Source: Lingula anatina
Lineage: Eukaryota; Animalia; Brachiopoda
NCBI GenBank assembly: GCA_051362555.1
Contig: CM120642.1
Location: forward strand, 6,014,001-6,078,000
Length of the DNA: 64,000 nucleotides
Direction of reading: 5' to 3'
The notes under the pieces were generated by a model that worked only from the letters and a program-made list of their open reading frames with translations, did not search any database and was not told the origin of the DNA. A program made the position numbers and the translations under genes. This document shows positions 1 through 13,511 of this stretch, in pieces; position 1 is the stretch's first letter, and each line of letters starts with the position of its first letter.

Positions 1-583
1 AATAAAAAAGAGTAAGCTTGTGAAACAAGATTCCACAAATTTAAACATAATAATCAAAATAAAATACTGCCGGGCATCGGTGCGGCCTAAAACTTGGCAC
101 GCTTACCGCAAAAGCCGCAGGCTACATCATCCCGTCGCTCGTTTGTAAATTCCGTGCATGGCATACGCACAATCAAACCGTAAATCCAATTATAGTTTAT
201 TTTTGCATTGTATTGGATTAATGTGGCAGTCCAAGGTTGTCCTAGGTGGTTTTCAAGTTTATGCGCCCGGTTTTAATATCATTTAGCGATTTTACGACAA
301 TCGTTTACTATCCAATCAAGGTGACAGCCGAGCGTGTAGAATACCTCTTGATGATGCACCTTTCTTGTACTTGGTCCAGTGTTTAATTCTACTAAAAAGA
401 AGGACGCCCTTTGAATATCACCTGCTTGTCGAAGGGTGGGTTCAGGGCTTCAAAAATATGTTGTAAAATATATCAAATAAGCCATATATGTATAGCTCTC
501 AAACATTGTTGGTCCTCATACAACTTTGTGCGGCGAGAGAGAGAAAGAGAGAGAGATAGAGAGAGAGAGAAGAAAAAACTCAC

Positions 584-2302
584 GTCCGTTCTAGCTTTGT
601 GTTTCTGGGTAGGGAGGCTGATCTTTGAGCGTATGTATGGCATAAACCCTCCTGTATTTTGTGACATTTCTGTGCTGTCTCGGGCCTCTAGCTCCTCGAT
701 CATACCCATGTTTTGTTCATAGACATCATACAGCATTTGTTTACTAGCTGAAAATGTTATTGAATTGCGATAAGCAATATCAGTTTCTTTATATCAGCAT
801 CACCACAAAAAATGAGGACTTTATTCACCAAATATTGTTATTTTTATAATCTATTATAAAAATAAGAAATAAAAATAAAGACGATAAAGCAACAGGCACA
901 AAAACTAACAAATTTATAGATAAATATCAATAAAGTGGATGGCTATCCATATAAAATTATCAGTAAATCAATAAATCTGTTGAATTAAGCAATTAGTCAG
1001 TTGTGAGGGCCGACCTTGAAGAGAGCGGAACTGCTGTCTCTGCGCCTGCATAAAATCACGCCTGCTTCCACCGTGGTGTTTAGTATCGCCGTCATGATCC
1101 ATGACTTCCTCTTCATCATAGTGAGACTGAAAGTCAAAATATAATTTGCCACGTTTTGTAACGTTTTGTAATATATATATATATATATTTTACTGTCTTT
1201 TTGCTAAAGCGCTTACAGTAAAAATATCTGGATTTCAACTGTAATTAGAATCATATAAATTATGGACAGAATATCATTATTCAAGAGATAAATGACCAGC
1301 TAAAATGCCAAAAAAAAAAATAGATCAGAGAGTGACCTTATAGACATAGGTGTACAAGTACAAACAGAGCGGGGGTGTTGCGAAGAATTCGCCCCTGCGC
1401 GTTGGAACTCAGACTACATTATATGGAATATTCCCCATCTTTATTGTTGTAACATAAACGCAAAAGTCACCAACCTAATGCCAATAGGCAGTGGGATGAA
1501 TTGGGTTTACTTCATTATGAATTTCCTCATCATTCCGGAGTGTTTATTTGTCCTCATGCAGACGCACGTGTCCCAACAGTTGGACACACACACACACACA
1601 CACACACACAGGTAGGCTACGCTCGCACGCACACACACACACCCGTTTGGAAACGCTGTACTCTATTTTTAAAGCAAAAACATTTTTTTATTATTTAATC
1701 TATTTTAGATCCCTGTTTAACTATAACTTTCATCCATTAATTATAATAATTTATCCATATGGTTTTACGTCTGTTTTTTTTTTTTTTTTTTTGTTTTTTT
1801 TGTTTTTTTTTTTGTTTTTTTTTTTTTTGTGTCTAGTTTAATTTGTTCTACAGTTAAGGGGCTTTTTTTTTTTTTTTTTTTTTACAAAATTCCGAAACGC
1901 TCCACAGTCAATCATCTGTTAAACCTTGCCCGAGCCTGTTAGAGAATGACATAGGCCTATACATATATTTGAATCGAACACACACACTGGAATTTGGTAG
2001 AGCCATTTTTTCTTTTCCTTTTAATATGTTCATTAGAGCACATCTATAGGTGCATTTAGAGCCATTGATATTATGCATGGACTTACCTGATAATGCGCAC
2101 TGGTATGTCTGTGCCCGTAACCCCTTGTTCCCGCAACGTAGCCTGGCGATCTTTCATTAAAACCATGGCTTTGACTTCCACGATGGTCAGGTTCCATCCG
2201 ACCACTTTGGTGGGTCATCTCCCCAGTTATTGGGTTAGTTGGATTTTGGTACTGCCTATCACTTGCCTTCTTTTTGTCGCCTTTGCTCCCTCTGCAATCC
2301 AT
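584..2302 (-). CDS. Gene B copy 1 (uncharacterised), exons 1-3; remaining exons not in window
   Basis: Exons 2302-2087 (MDCRGSKG...SAHYQ), 1126-1015 (SHYDEEE...RSLQ), 747-584 (ASKQMLYDV...KARTD). GT/AG boundaries and phases match copy 2, and length differences from copy 2 are in-frame (30 nt, 3 nt). Confidence 0.7.
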
Positions 2303-2805
2303 TTTGTAACAAAACTGTGCGGCTTGCAAAAATTGAATACAACTGTTTTTTAACGAAATGACACAGCTGGTCGGGAATATAGCAAGCTTACAGAACAAAT
2401 TTGCTTGTCCAGTGAAAGCGCGAGGCTATGGCGCTGGTATTTATGCACTTTGTAAGGTTGGGAAATTTCAAGACCATTGGATGAGTCAAAGACTCTTTAC
2501 GCCTAAACAAAAATACCCCTCGTCTTGGAAGTTTCTACTTTCGATTTATCGGCTTTTGCTAACGGCTGATAATGAGTGGGCTTTGTGACGTGTCATCTCT
2601 TCATTGGCCGAAGTCTGGGTGTTACCAATTACGAGTGCAGATAAGATGAAAATTTTGGTTTTTCCCAGAAGAAGATGATTCTTGAAAATCGCCTAATTTA
2701 GAATTTAGAGTGGAAAACCCCACAGATCGAAGATATAAACGCCAAATATCCGAAAGAGACTGTCAAAGAGACAGCGGTGTCAAGATCGTTCCTGGCTAGC
2801 ACAAA
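2303..2805. promoter_or_regulatory. Putative bidirectional promoter B1<->A1 with NF-kB-like, GAS-like and CCAAT motifs
   Basis: Lies between divergent ATGs. GGGAAATTTC 2460-2469, TTCCCAGAA 2662-2670, GGAAAACCCC 2712-2721, several ATTGG/CCAAT. Alignable with 15529-16047. Confidence 0.55.
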
Positions 2806-5574
2806 ATGGTGAAGTGGTTTAGACTGAAGTGCCCATGTCCTGTTACAGGCTGCCCTAACAGGTAAGTTAGAACACGAGCAACTTCACATTCTAAGGAAAG
2901 AAACTTCTACTCCTTGTACGGACGGTTGGAAATACATTGTACAAATAGATATAGGAGAGCGGGGTGGGTTGGAACGCGGGTAAGTTGGAACATTGGCTTT
3001 ATTTCTTAAATCACAAGACCGATCATGTGCTCCTTCAGCATAAAAATGTCACGTGGCATGGTCATTCATCCGGTAAACTTGTGGAAGTTTCGAAAATGCA
3101 GTAAAAGTTTTATGCGAAAAAAACTTATTTTCGCTACTCGAAGTAAGTTTTCATATTTTTGACATTCATCGTGCTGTAAACTAAAGTATAAGGATTATAT
3201 CACTGAAATTGTGCATAGCGTTTAGGACCACCTTGATGTTCAAAAGGCTGTTGTTTTTTTAATCACTTCCCACGTGTTAAAGAAATACAGTGTCATAAGT
3301 AGGCCATGACGTCATGGGGGCTGGTCGGAACATTTGACATGGGGCCAGTTGGAACACTGTCAGGGGTGTTCCAACCCACCCCGCACGTTGTTTTTCATTT
3401 TTTAAACCTCTGTAAATGTTTTAATTTCAACTTTGAAGAGAGTAGTAACGTAGTAACTCAGTACAACTCCAACTGGAGACGGAATCTAGCTGATAGAACT
3501 CCGAGATTCCGGAATGTACATGCGTGTAGAAGGTACAAGGGGGGATGGTCACTGCTCGTTAAATGCAGTTGCTAGCTGTTTGGTCGAAAGGGGTCTGCAT
3601 GCCCACTGTTGCTTTTTGCGATAAATTGCTTTTAGATGTGGAAGGAAATGTTGATTATTACTCTGCTTTTCGCGGCAAAATGAAAATATTCTAGCTGAGA
3701 GCCCATGTTATGGATAAACTATACAACACCAATTCTGCCGATATTGTTTTAAATGCTTTGTGTAATGGATTGGGGGTTGCTGTTAATGTTAAGTGAACGA
3801 GGGTACAAAATCCGCCAGAAAAGACAAACATTCACCTCGTAACTTAGACAAAGATTCAGTTGAAATCTCAGTTGCCCTCACCGGAAGAGGTGCTACAGCA
3901 CACAAAAGCTCACTTAAGAAAACCCCCAAACAGCTCAAGTCCAGCAATAATTAGACCGGTTCCAAAGGCTCACCGTCGCATTCCAAAGATTAAAAGAAGA
4001 AAACGATGCAGTGCGGTACTAACTGACACACCTGACAATGAGCTACTCGAAAAAGAAAAGGCCAAGCCCAACAAAATTAAAAAGGACAAGCGCAACAAAA
4101 ATAAAAAACAGTTAAAGATTTCTAGTCGATAGAGAAAATCAAGAAAAGGGAAATTAAAGATGACCAGCGATTCTGAGTCAGAAGAAGAGTGGCCATGTCT
4201 GGTTTGTGGGGAGCCGTTCATTAACAGCCGACCAAAAGAGAATTGGTTAAATGCATTGTTTGTCTAAAGTGGTCACATGAAGACTGTACAAAGGTTGACC
4301 AAGTGTAGGGCCTACATATCTCACCCTGCGATTTTGATTCTGAGTTGTTGAGTTGAAAGAGATACAGTTTTCATTTGTAGGTCTAACATACTGTTGTTAA
4401 TAGGTTGAGTTATATGAGTTCAATTTCTTTTCTCTTAAACTACACCACTTTTGTTATCATTATGAAATGAAGTGTAACTGGATATGGTTTATACATCGAA
4501 AAGACTATTTGAAAGCAAATTGTAAACGTAAAAAAATGCTTACAAACTATGGAGATACGAATACAAAGTAACACGTACTTGTTGGGAAATTAATATAGAT
4601 AAACCTACTCTTAAAATGAATTATACTTTGAATTTATATGCAAGCGTTCCAACTCGCCCTCTTGTTCCAACTCACCCCACTGCCTGTTCCAACTGACCCC
4701 GCGGGTGGGGTGAGATGGAACGTTTTAGGAGCCAACTTTGAGCATTTATTACTCTAAAATAAAAAGACCTACTTGATGTTTTATTTCATAGATGAGTGCG
4801 GCATATAATTTTCCCCTATCAGATTTTTTATTTTTGTCCCCAAAGCTTTGACTGATGAGATATCGCAAAAAAAGGTGAAAACTGTTCCAACCAACCCCGC
4901 TCTCCCCTACATGTATTACTAGAGAGATTTATTGGAAAGTGAATTAAGAAAAGGGGATAGTGTAGTACCGGCCATAATGTTTATTTATATACTAAGCAAC
5001 TTTGGCCGATTTTTTTTCCTGAAAACCACAAAAAAAAAAAAAAAACAAACCTAGCCTCTTAACAATCGCTAATCTACGGGGTGGGGTGGGGTGGAGGGGG
5101 GGGAGGTACGCCAGGCACAGTCTCTCCCATGACTTCTGAAATATCCCCTTCTTCTCTTCCCCGAGCAAATCTGGAAAAAAAGTATTTCACATCCCTGTGC
5201 CCTTGATTTTTCGTCTGCTCGGATAGGCGACTCAGTCTTTTCAGTCTTCCATTTTTTCCTGACATTTATTTATTATTCTTTTTTACAGCCAGGGAAGACT
5301 GCTTGAATGGGTTTGTGCAAGGGACAATGACGCCATGTATATCAACGAGAACGGCATACTGGCGTGTACGCACGATAAACATGTAGACAAAATTATTAAC
5401 TGGAAATTCGATTGCGGGGATAGAAGAGGACCACACAAATACGAACACTACCAAAGTCCCGACTATGAGGGTTTCACGCATGCAATGGCTATGGCATTAC
5501 CACATATGGGCGAAGCCGGGGCAGACTGGGTTCTTTCCCTAGTTAACGCGGTGAGAATCCAATATGGGAAGTGA
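2806..5574 (+). CDS. Gene A copy 1: 113-aa Cys/His-rich putative zinc-binding protein, 2 exons
   Basis: Exon 1 2806-2861 (MVKWFRLKCPCPVTGCPN, AG|GTAAGT); exon 2 5289-5574 (TTTTACAG|, SQGRLLEWVCARDNDAMYINENG...RIQYGK*). Phase-2 intron conserved in all three paralogs. Confidence 0.85.
2954..4907 (+). mobile_element. Internally deleted pogo/Tigger-like (Tc1/mariner superfamily) DNA transposon in the A1 intron
   Basis: TIRs GGAGAGCGGGGTGGGTTGGAAC / GTTCCAACCAACCCCGCTCTCCCC flanked by TA; subterminal GTTGGAAC/GTTCCAAC repeats. Remnant peptides RPVPKA...AVLTDTP and EEWPCLVCGEPF...WSHEDC resemble a pogo C-terminus with PHD finger. Empty site in paralog A2 (~16190 AGATATACATG). Confidence 0.8.
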
Positions 5575-6540
5575 AAAATCTCACCAACATATGACAAAAT
5601 ACCTATACAGGAACTGATAATGATTGTGAAGTGAACATTCTGAATAATGTCAGGACTTGGATTTTTTTATTCACTCCTCCAAACTTGATGAAACTGACGG
5701 AAGATATTAAAAACAAAATGCTTTAGAGCTGGAGTGAGGAGTGGGTGAAGTTCTTAGGCGGATCTTGGGTTGGGGTCGGTGCAGATGGCACGTGTCACCC
5801 TCACTGTAGCTCTACCCTATACGTGCTTCCGTTGTTATCAACACATGATATGTCAAGCAAAATTTTGTTGATAAACCTTTGTGCAAGCGTTTAATTATAG
5901 TTTTTTTTTCGGGGACTTTCCTTTGTCATCGCGCAGGTCACTTAATTGTATGTAACATTCTAAACTCTATATGCATTCCATTATTACAGGGATATACACT
6001 AACGTGAATGACGCAAGAACTGTTTGGGTAGTGAATGACGCATCCATAAATGCACTGATGATGACTAAGATGATGCACTTTATAAAATAAATAAACTGTG
6101 AAAAACAAGCAGCAGCTTTTGTATTGATGGTAAAAAAAGTTGTCTTGTGTCAAAGTAACCAATGATTGAACGAATATGATCATATTTAATTATTATACTT
6201 ATAAGAAGTGCAATATTAAGGAAAGAGCATTAAATAAAGAAATAATAAATGAAGAATCAGAACTACTCTTTCTTCTTTTATTACCAAAAAACTATTTTGA
6301 TATCATTAACTTATTAGGTCTACTCATTTTCTCAATCTTCGGTTTCACACACAGGTACTGGGGTTGGTGTCTTAAAATTTCTGATTTATGTTTTATTACC
6401 CGAAAAGGCTTGTTAATGTTACACGCTTTAAGATGACGGATATGGTACCTGTGCTTAGAGTTACATTATTGCAATTAGTTAATGGGGATTTAATGATGAG
6501 AGAGAAAGAGAGAGAGAGAGAATCTACCCATTTTCAAACA

Positions 6541-6810
6541 AGGAATGATCCAAACGACGCAAACGGCAAAATATACACGTTGATAACTTTATAATCATAC
6601 TTACATGTATACGCCAGACTGATCTGGTGAATGCACAGAGATACGAGTAAATGATAATGATGACACACCTACAAAGCATAAAACTTTTTGTACATTTCTA
6701 GTTCATTGAATTATACCGTAAAATGATAGCAATTATCTATAAATTCTTCCGGGTTAAAGATACAGCAGTTTTTTTCTTTAAAAAGGGAGGTGAGATGTTT
6801 ATGCAAAATT
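6541..6810 (+). repeat. ~270-bp direct repeat, second copy at ~11017-11283
   Basis: AGGAATGATCCAAACGACGCAAACGGCAAAATATACACG... aligns with AGGAATGCTCCAAACGACACAGACGGCAAAATGTACACC...; both begin at the truncation point of the ASB pseudogene. Confidence 0.8.
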
Positions 6811-8156
6811 AAATCTAGACAAATCCAAGAAAATCACTTCTCGCTCATCCTATATAGTATACTCAGGTGTGCACGTGCACAGCAACCCAGATACACCGCT
6901 ATATTTAGACTACCATCTCATTTGAGATCCCTGAACCTGCCGTTCTTAACGGCGAATATTCTCTTGGCAAGGCAACATGCACAGCAGAACCACACTGCCT
7001 GCGGACTCTGTATTGCTCTTAGTCTCCACTAAGTTCGACGTTTGCCATAATGCAGGTAGGTGCCTAGACTCAAATTGTTTGATATCGGTGTGAACGTTAT
7101 GTCAAAAGCTGTTCGTTGTTTGGGTTTTACATGATTTGATTATGTAAGTGAGGAGAGATTAACGTCTTAAAGGTCGTTGAAATGAGTTATTATCAGACAG
7201 ACTTTATAAAGTACAACACACATCCTATTCAAAATGCTATAAATAGATTAAACTATTCTTTTCTCTTTGGTGGTGATTTCTTTTGTGCAAAAGAAGGCCT
7301 CCGAGCCTCATTTCAGTGTTCTCGTTTTCTTCCATGTGTATTTGTGAGCGTATTTTGGGGGCGAATAAGTGCGCGTATCGTCTAGTCAACGTGGGCGGTT
7401 TAGTTATGAAGCATGATGTATGCAAAACTGATCTTTTCAGACAAAGACTATTACTTGACCCAATGAATCCCAATGAACAGTTTACTAAGGGCACTGGAGA
7501 AGAGAATGCCCACACAAAAACCGAAGAGTGTCCCCAAACCGACCAACGTGCAAGCCAAATAGGTGTATTAACAGCTCTAATAAATGAGTGGATTAATGAT
7601 AATATGCTTGAGGACTTACATGCAGAAACTAGAGCCTCCAGAATGCATGCTGTGGTCTCCGCTGAGGCAAACGGAGCCTATTTCTTGACAGATGTGATAG
7701 GACAGTCGGGTCAGACACAGGCTGAAATAGGGTCAGAAGCTGTCCAATTTTCAAACTGCCATGAATGCAGTGACTCCTCTGCCTTTACTTCCCCTTTATC
7801 AATACTATCGTCCAACACGGTAAATAGAACCTCGCCAATGTATACCTGCTAGGCATTGCTGAAGAAATGAGCTACACGCTGCAGCGACTTCCAGTCAAGG
7901 GTGATGCAAAGAATGCAGTAGAGCCGCAAGCCACTGTCTCAACTACCGCAGCTACTGAATCATTGTCACAGTAGAGAGTCTCGCCTAATATAGGCACAGC
8001 GCCACAATCGGATGTATCTGTTGATACAAAGAACGAAACTCCACGACAATTGGCAATAAATTCAGTGAATGAAACAAGTACACAGCCCCTGCTTACAGCA
8101 TCAGGAGTCACTGAAAATTCAACACAGGTTTTGAGCTCAATGAAGACAAGTACTAA

Positions 8157-8417
8157 GACTGGGTTCCCATAGCTAGATCGATCCATCTGGATCTGTCTAA
8201 CTCCCTGGGGAGTCTCGCTAAATTGCTATCAACTAACCGGCTTAAATGTCTGTCACGCCTACCGAAACAGCTAGGGGTAATTATCTTTATTAAAGATAAT
8301 TACCCCCCTTAAAGCTTTACCAGGCGTGACAGAAATTTAAGCCGGTTAAGTTGTTAACAATTTAGTGAGAGTCCCCAGGGAGATAGATCGATCCAAATAT
8401 CTGTTGGAATGGTCCCT
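8157..8417. mobile_element. Palindromic MITE (PIF/Harbinger-like) inserted in the ASB pseudogene
   Basis: Long hairpin centred on GGGGTAATTATCTTTA-TTAAAGATAATTACCCC (~8290), flanked by TAA, absent from the intact ASB. Confidence 0.7.
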
Positions 8418-8668
8418 AAAATGTGACCAAGTATCACTGCTCCAACACCCGACGAAAACGAATAACATTCTCCGTTTTGGTTTGATGAATTGTCTGATAG
8501 AATAGAAGAATTCAAAAGGGTGTGTCGTTCGTTTTTCTCTGACGACGAAGATCACCCGCAAGAGTCATAAAGGAAACGGGCACATCTGATCACGAGGGCG
8601 ACAATACCAAAGAATTTGACAAAGTTTCAAGCAGACTTGACTCACGTATATGAAACAGTGCAGGAATA

Positions 8669-10840
8669 AAACAAGGCAGCAAAGCTGTCAAATGTAGGGG
8701 AAAAAAAGAAGAAAATAACAATTCACAAAATAGACTACTGTCAATTCTGATGCAAAAGTACAAGTATTATGCTTAACTGCAAATTCAACATCAAATTTTA
8801 ATTATGCTCAATAGGTAATACCGATGTAAGTAAACTGTGTAACAAGCATAAGGCTTCAGGCCCATGGGAGTTCAAGTTCACAAATGCCAGAATGAGAAAA
8901 ATGAAAATTTCACACAAAATTGCATAAATTCAATAATAAATGATAACCCAACAGAGCTGGCTTTCTAATTTGAACTGCATGCCAATCCTAAAAATCATAC
9001 TTGTAAGTTAAAAATAATAATAAGTAACGGTTTTCTTTTCATAATGTTTGTAGTAGCAGTGCAAAAAAAAAATTTTGTCAATTTTGATGTAACATTACCT
9101 AATAAATTACAGAATAATTATCACCAATTTTTTATTATTGACTATAAATAGCATGGACATGTAGAAAATTTGATTACCATTCGGCTTCATGTCCATGGGA
9201 GCTCCGAGTCCCACAATGAATATGCCAAAACGATAATAATGAATATTTCACTAAAATGTATAACTTCCAGAAAAAGAAGCCAATTAGACTCCTTTTCCAA
9301 CTCAGGCTGCATTTTAGTCCTGTGTTTCTTTTTTGAAAGTTTGACAGTCACTTAGTAACACGGTTTTCCCATAATGCTAATGGCAGCAGCACCAAAAATT
9401 GTGTTTTCTTCTATTTTGATGCAACATAACATAATGCTTAACAGCAAAATGACCATCAATTTTAATAATAAAATATTAGTAACATGGACATTCAGAAAAC
9501 GTGACTAGCAAAGGTCTTCAGGCCCGTGGAGGTTCAAAGTCACACCTTGAAAATGCCAATATGTGAAAAATTAAATTTTCACAAAAAATTGTTTAATTGC
9601 CAGAAAAATTTACCAACAGACTGCATTGCCTACTGAAGCTGTATTTTAGTCCCATGTTTCTATCCTGTAAGTTTGAGAACAGTAAGTGACATGGTTTTCC
9701 TTAAATGGTCATCATGGGAGGAGTGCCCAAAATAGGGGTTTCTTCAAATTTTGATGCAACATTACATAATGTTTAACAGCATAATGACCATCAATTTTTA
9801 ATAATAAGATATTAGTATCATGGATATTCAGAAAATGTGACTAGCAAAGGTCTTCAGACCCGTGGAACTTCAAAGTCACACCTTGAAAATACCAAAATGT
9901 AAACAAGACAACACTGTTCTGAAATGGGTTTATTTCCATTTTTAACACTTTTTTAACATAAAACAAAATAAACAGTTTACTGCCATTTTTATATGATCAA
10001 CTAAGAAAATTGATGAGATGGGAAAAATATCAATGGAACGGTGTTAAATGTCCAATTTCCTCATTTATGAGATTCTGAACATAGTGGATGATTGAATCCG
10101 ACAAACTGCAATGATACGAGTTTATTTCCATTTTTGACACTTTATTACACAATACACGATGACAATTTTACCATCATTTTTACATAATCAACTAACAATG
10201 TTGTAAAGATGCAGGAAATGTCAAACAAACACTTTTACGTATCTTATTAATTCAATAATGAGACTGTTAACATGCCTAAGAATTGAATCTGAGGAAATGT
10301 GAAAAAACAGCATAACTTCTAAAATAATGGCCCAGTTATGCTGATTTTCGAACTCAACCTGCGCTTTAGTAAGATTGACCACTCCTGTGAGTATAATGAC
10401 AATTGGCCTATCTGTTTTTCTTATATTGAGTTATCATTGTTGCATATACGCTGAAAAAAGTGTAAAAACAGCATAACTTCCATAAAAGTGGCCCAATCAT
10501 GCTGATTTTTTAACCTGACCTGCGTATTATAAATATTCATCAGTCCTGTAAGTTTCAAGCAAAAAGGTAAAACGGTTTTTCACTTATCGTGTTATCAGGG
10601 TTGCATATATGCTGAAAAAAGTGAAAAAACAGTATAACTTCCATAAAAATGGCCCGATCACGCTGATTTTCGAACTTGACCTGCGTATTATAAATATTCA
10701 GCAGCTCGGTGAGTTTCAAGCCAAAAGGTAAAACGGTATTCCACTTATCGTGTTATCGCTGAGTGCATGGCGACGACGGCGACGACGACGGCAACGACAG
10801 ACGCAGGTGACGGCTATATGTACAGACTACGTCTGTACAT
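8669..10840 (-). mobile_element. Non-autonomous Helitron/Helentron-like element with internal tandem repeats
   Basis: Inserted in an A-run of the ASB pseudogene with no clear TSD. One end AAACAAGGCAGCAAAGCTGTC (hairpin; CTTGTT on minus); other end has a GAC microsatellite and hairpin TGTACAGACTACGTCTGTACA. Internal ~360-bp and ~170-bp repeats. Related copy at 14222-15118. Confidence 0.6.
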
Positions 10841-11991
10841 AAAATGCATGCTGTCCGTATTTATCAGACTTACACAATGATGCTGCTTTGGCTTTGGGTG
10901 AGAGGAATCGCGAAACAAACACTTCTGGATTAGACAACGAATCGGCCATCGCGACGACCAGTTCTTCAGTGACAGAAAACAGTGACCAAGTACAAGAGAG
11001 TGTGCCGCATGAGATAAGGAATGCTCCAAACGACACAGACGGCAAAATGTACACCTTGATAACTTTATAATCATACTTAAATGTATAGGCCAGATTGATC
11101 TGGTGAAAATGCACAGAGATACGAATAAATGATAATGATGACACACCTACAAAGCATTAAACTCTTTTTACATTTCTAGTTCATTATACCGTAAAATGAT
11201 AGCAATTATCTATAAATTCTTCCGGGTTAAAGATACAGAAGTTTTTTCTTTAAAAAAGAGGAGTGAGATGTTTATGCAAAATTTTTATTCTTACTTAATA
11301 TGCATTTATTACAAAGATGTACATGAGCATGGATCACTCAAATTATTTCATTTTAGCATTCAGCATATTGCACAAAGGCACGCCTTTGCCATGCAGATCG
11401 ATAGTGCACTAAACCACTTGAACAAGTATAAACAATGAATTACTGTAGGGAAGTACCAAAATACAAATATTTCTAACCAGAAATATGTGTTGTCGTGTTG
11501 CAAATTGTTTATACTTTAATCCATATTTTAAGTAAAAAAAGCTCATTGACATGAGTATATGTTAATCTTACATCGTCGCCTATTCAACAGTATTCAAGAG
11601 TTAAAAAAAAAAAGTTAAAAAGAGTAATCCCACTTTAGATAATGCATTTTTCCTTATTCTTTATGTTGTTCGCCGCCTGGCATAAATTTCAGTCAGCCTT
11701 TTGAGTAAGTCATATATTTGCATTTACAAAAAAATAAAATAAATAAATAAATGAATAAAATGAATAAATAAAAATGAAACAAAAATTAAGAAAGACACAG
11801 CAGCAACATCAGTGCGAGAAATTTTACTATTATATTGAAAAAGTTTATCTTCTTAGTCCTTTTATATATACAGACACATCTAGTGCTGTCAACATTACAT
11901 TAGCAAATCAGTCTGTTCACCGTTGAGTTTGTACTATGGTGCCGTAATACATTTGAATGTATAGCTAATCAGTAATATTTAGTTTCACATT

Positions 11992-13467
11992 TTATCTCAG
12001 GTCTTCTGTGTTCACGAAATGTGACAGGTACGGCTTCAAGTGGGGCTTTATATCTATAACCCGACGAACGCCTGAAAGTGGAAAAAACGATGTACACCGA
12101 AGTGGCCTAATTCATGTTATCGAGATAACAAGAATGCAATTTTACGTATTTGACATTTCTTTTAATGATATTAAGAATATATGTAAATCCCATGCATGGC
12201 TTTGATATAATCGTTGATACATGTAGCTTTGAGAATAAATCAACATCCACAAACAATATCTTGGAATCGTGTTTGGGCGTTTATATCTAACTTTTTATTA
12301 ATAAGTTTAAAAAACTGCTTCTCCTTCTCTATTTCGCTTTCTGATTAAAACATGACCTTATATTCAAGAACTCACCGGACAACATAGATTTCCCACCCCT
12401 TATGTCACTAAGCTTAGGCTGTTTCTTCTCATCCCGCCGGAACTCCTCGTCCTGTAACTTTTGCTTGTGCTTGGCTCCCTGAAAGCCTCCCATAACGCCA
12501 TTAACAATGTCTTCATCAAGCCTAAAATATTTAAAGAATAAAATATTTATAGGTTGGATTAAGGAAACTTTATACGCCCTGAAAGTGACCATAATATTAC
12601 ACTGTATTTGTAATAGACATATTCGCCGATATGAAAAAAAGTTATTTTTAAAAATTGGTATGAGCTATTACTGTTAAGGAAAATTTAATTCTAATTTTTA
12701 TATGTACCTGAAAGTATCGTTCTAAAAGGCAGGATGGGGGATAAGTGTTAAGAAAATCTCCCCAAAAGTTGACTTGCATCACATTTGGCAACTTCAACTG
12801 TAAGTGCAATCTAAGCCAAATCAAAAGATAATCTTAATCAAATTAAAAGATAAAAGATTTAAAAAGACGCCCATGCTTTTTAAAGATGATTTTGCAATTG
12901 GGCAACACATTCGTGTATACCATGCTGATAACCCAAATATTTTTTCATGTGCTTCTCAAATCTAGTTTTTAAATGTGCAACTTCAACCAAAACTCACCTT
13001 CCGGCATTTGGTCCTTTCTCTCTCGGTTGTATATCCGCGTTGCCATGCAACAACAGCTCAAGTACGTTGATAGCGTAACCATCGCAACGCGCTGGTGGTG
13101 CCGCCATGTCCTGACGGTGACCAAGCCACAGGAGGGTTTTCTCTATCAGCTCCTGTGTGGCCGAGACGACGACCTCTTTCGGAGCTACCATCAGCTGTGT
13201 TTGCAGACAGACTATTTCTGCTTCTATGATAGCTGTTATCTGAAGTAGATAATACTTGATCCAGACTCTTAGACTTGATTTTAGTCTATTTTGATCCAAG
13301 ACAAATCAGTAGTAGTAGTAGTACAACTGTGGAAGTAATAGTAGATGTAGTTGCAGGGTGGTAAAGGGCTTCAAAAATAATTTGTAAAATAAATAAACAA
13401 ACCATCAAATAAACCATATATGTATGTATAGCTGTCAAAAAGTGCTGTCCCTCATACAACTATGTGC

Positions 13468-13511
<44 letters not shown>

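Larger units (their letters stand above)
6850..11045 (+). pseudogene. 3'-truncated pseudogene of the ASB gene (5' exon and acidic N-terminal region only)
   Basis: 6850-7060 matches 32300-32520; 7441-8668 and 10841-11040 match 33045-34190 (MNPNEQFTKG vs MNPSEQFNKG). Frameshifts and stops, two TE insertions, no ankyrin or SOCS part. Confidence 0.85.

Noticed and set aside
411-722. Plus-strand ORFs 411-722 and 13462-13659 conserved between duplicates
   Set aside because: Antisense shadows of gene B exon 3 running through (GA)n microsatellites.
7283-7852. 189-aa ORF as a functional gene
   Set aside because: Frameshifted fragment of the ASB pseudogene starting in intron sequence.
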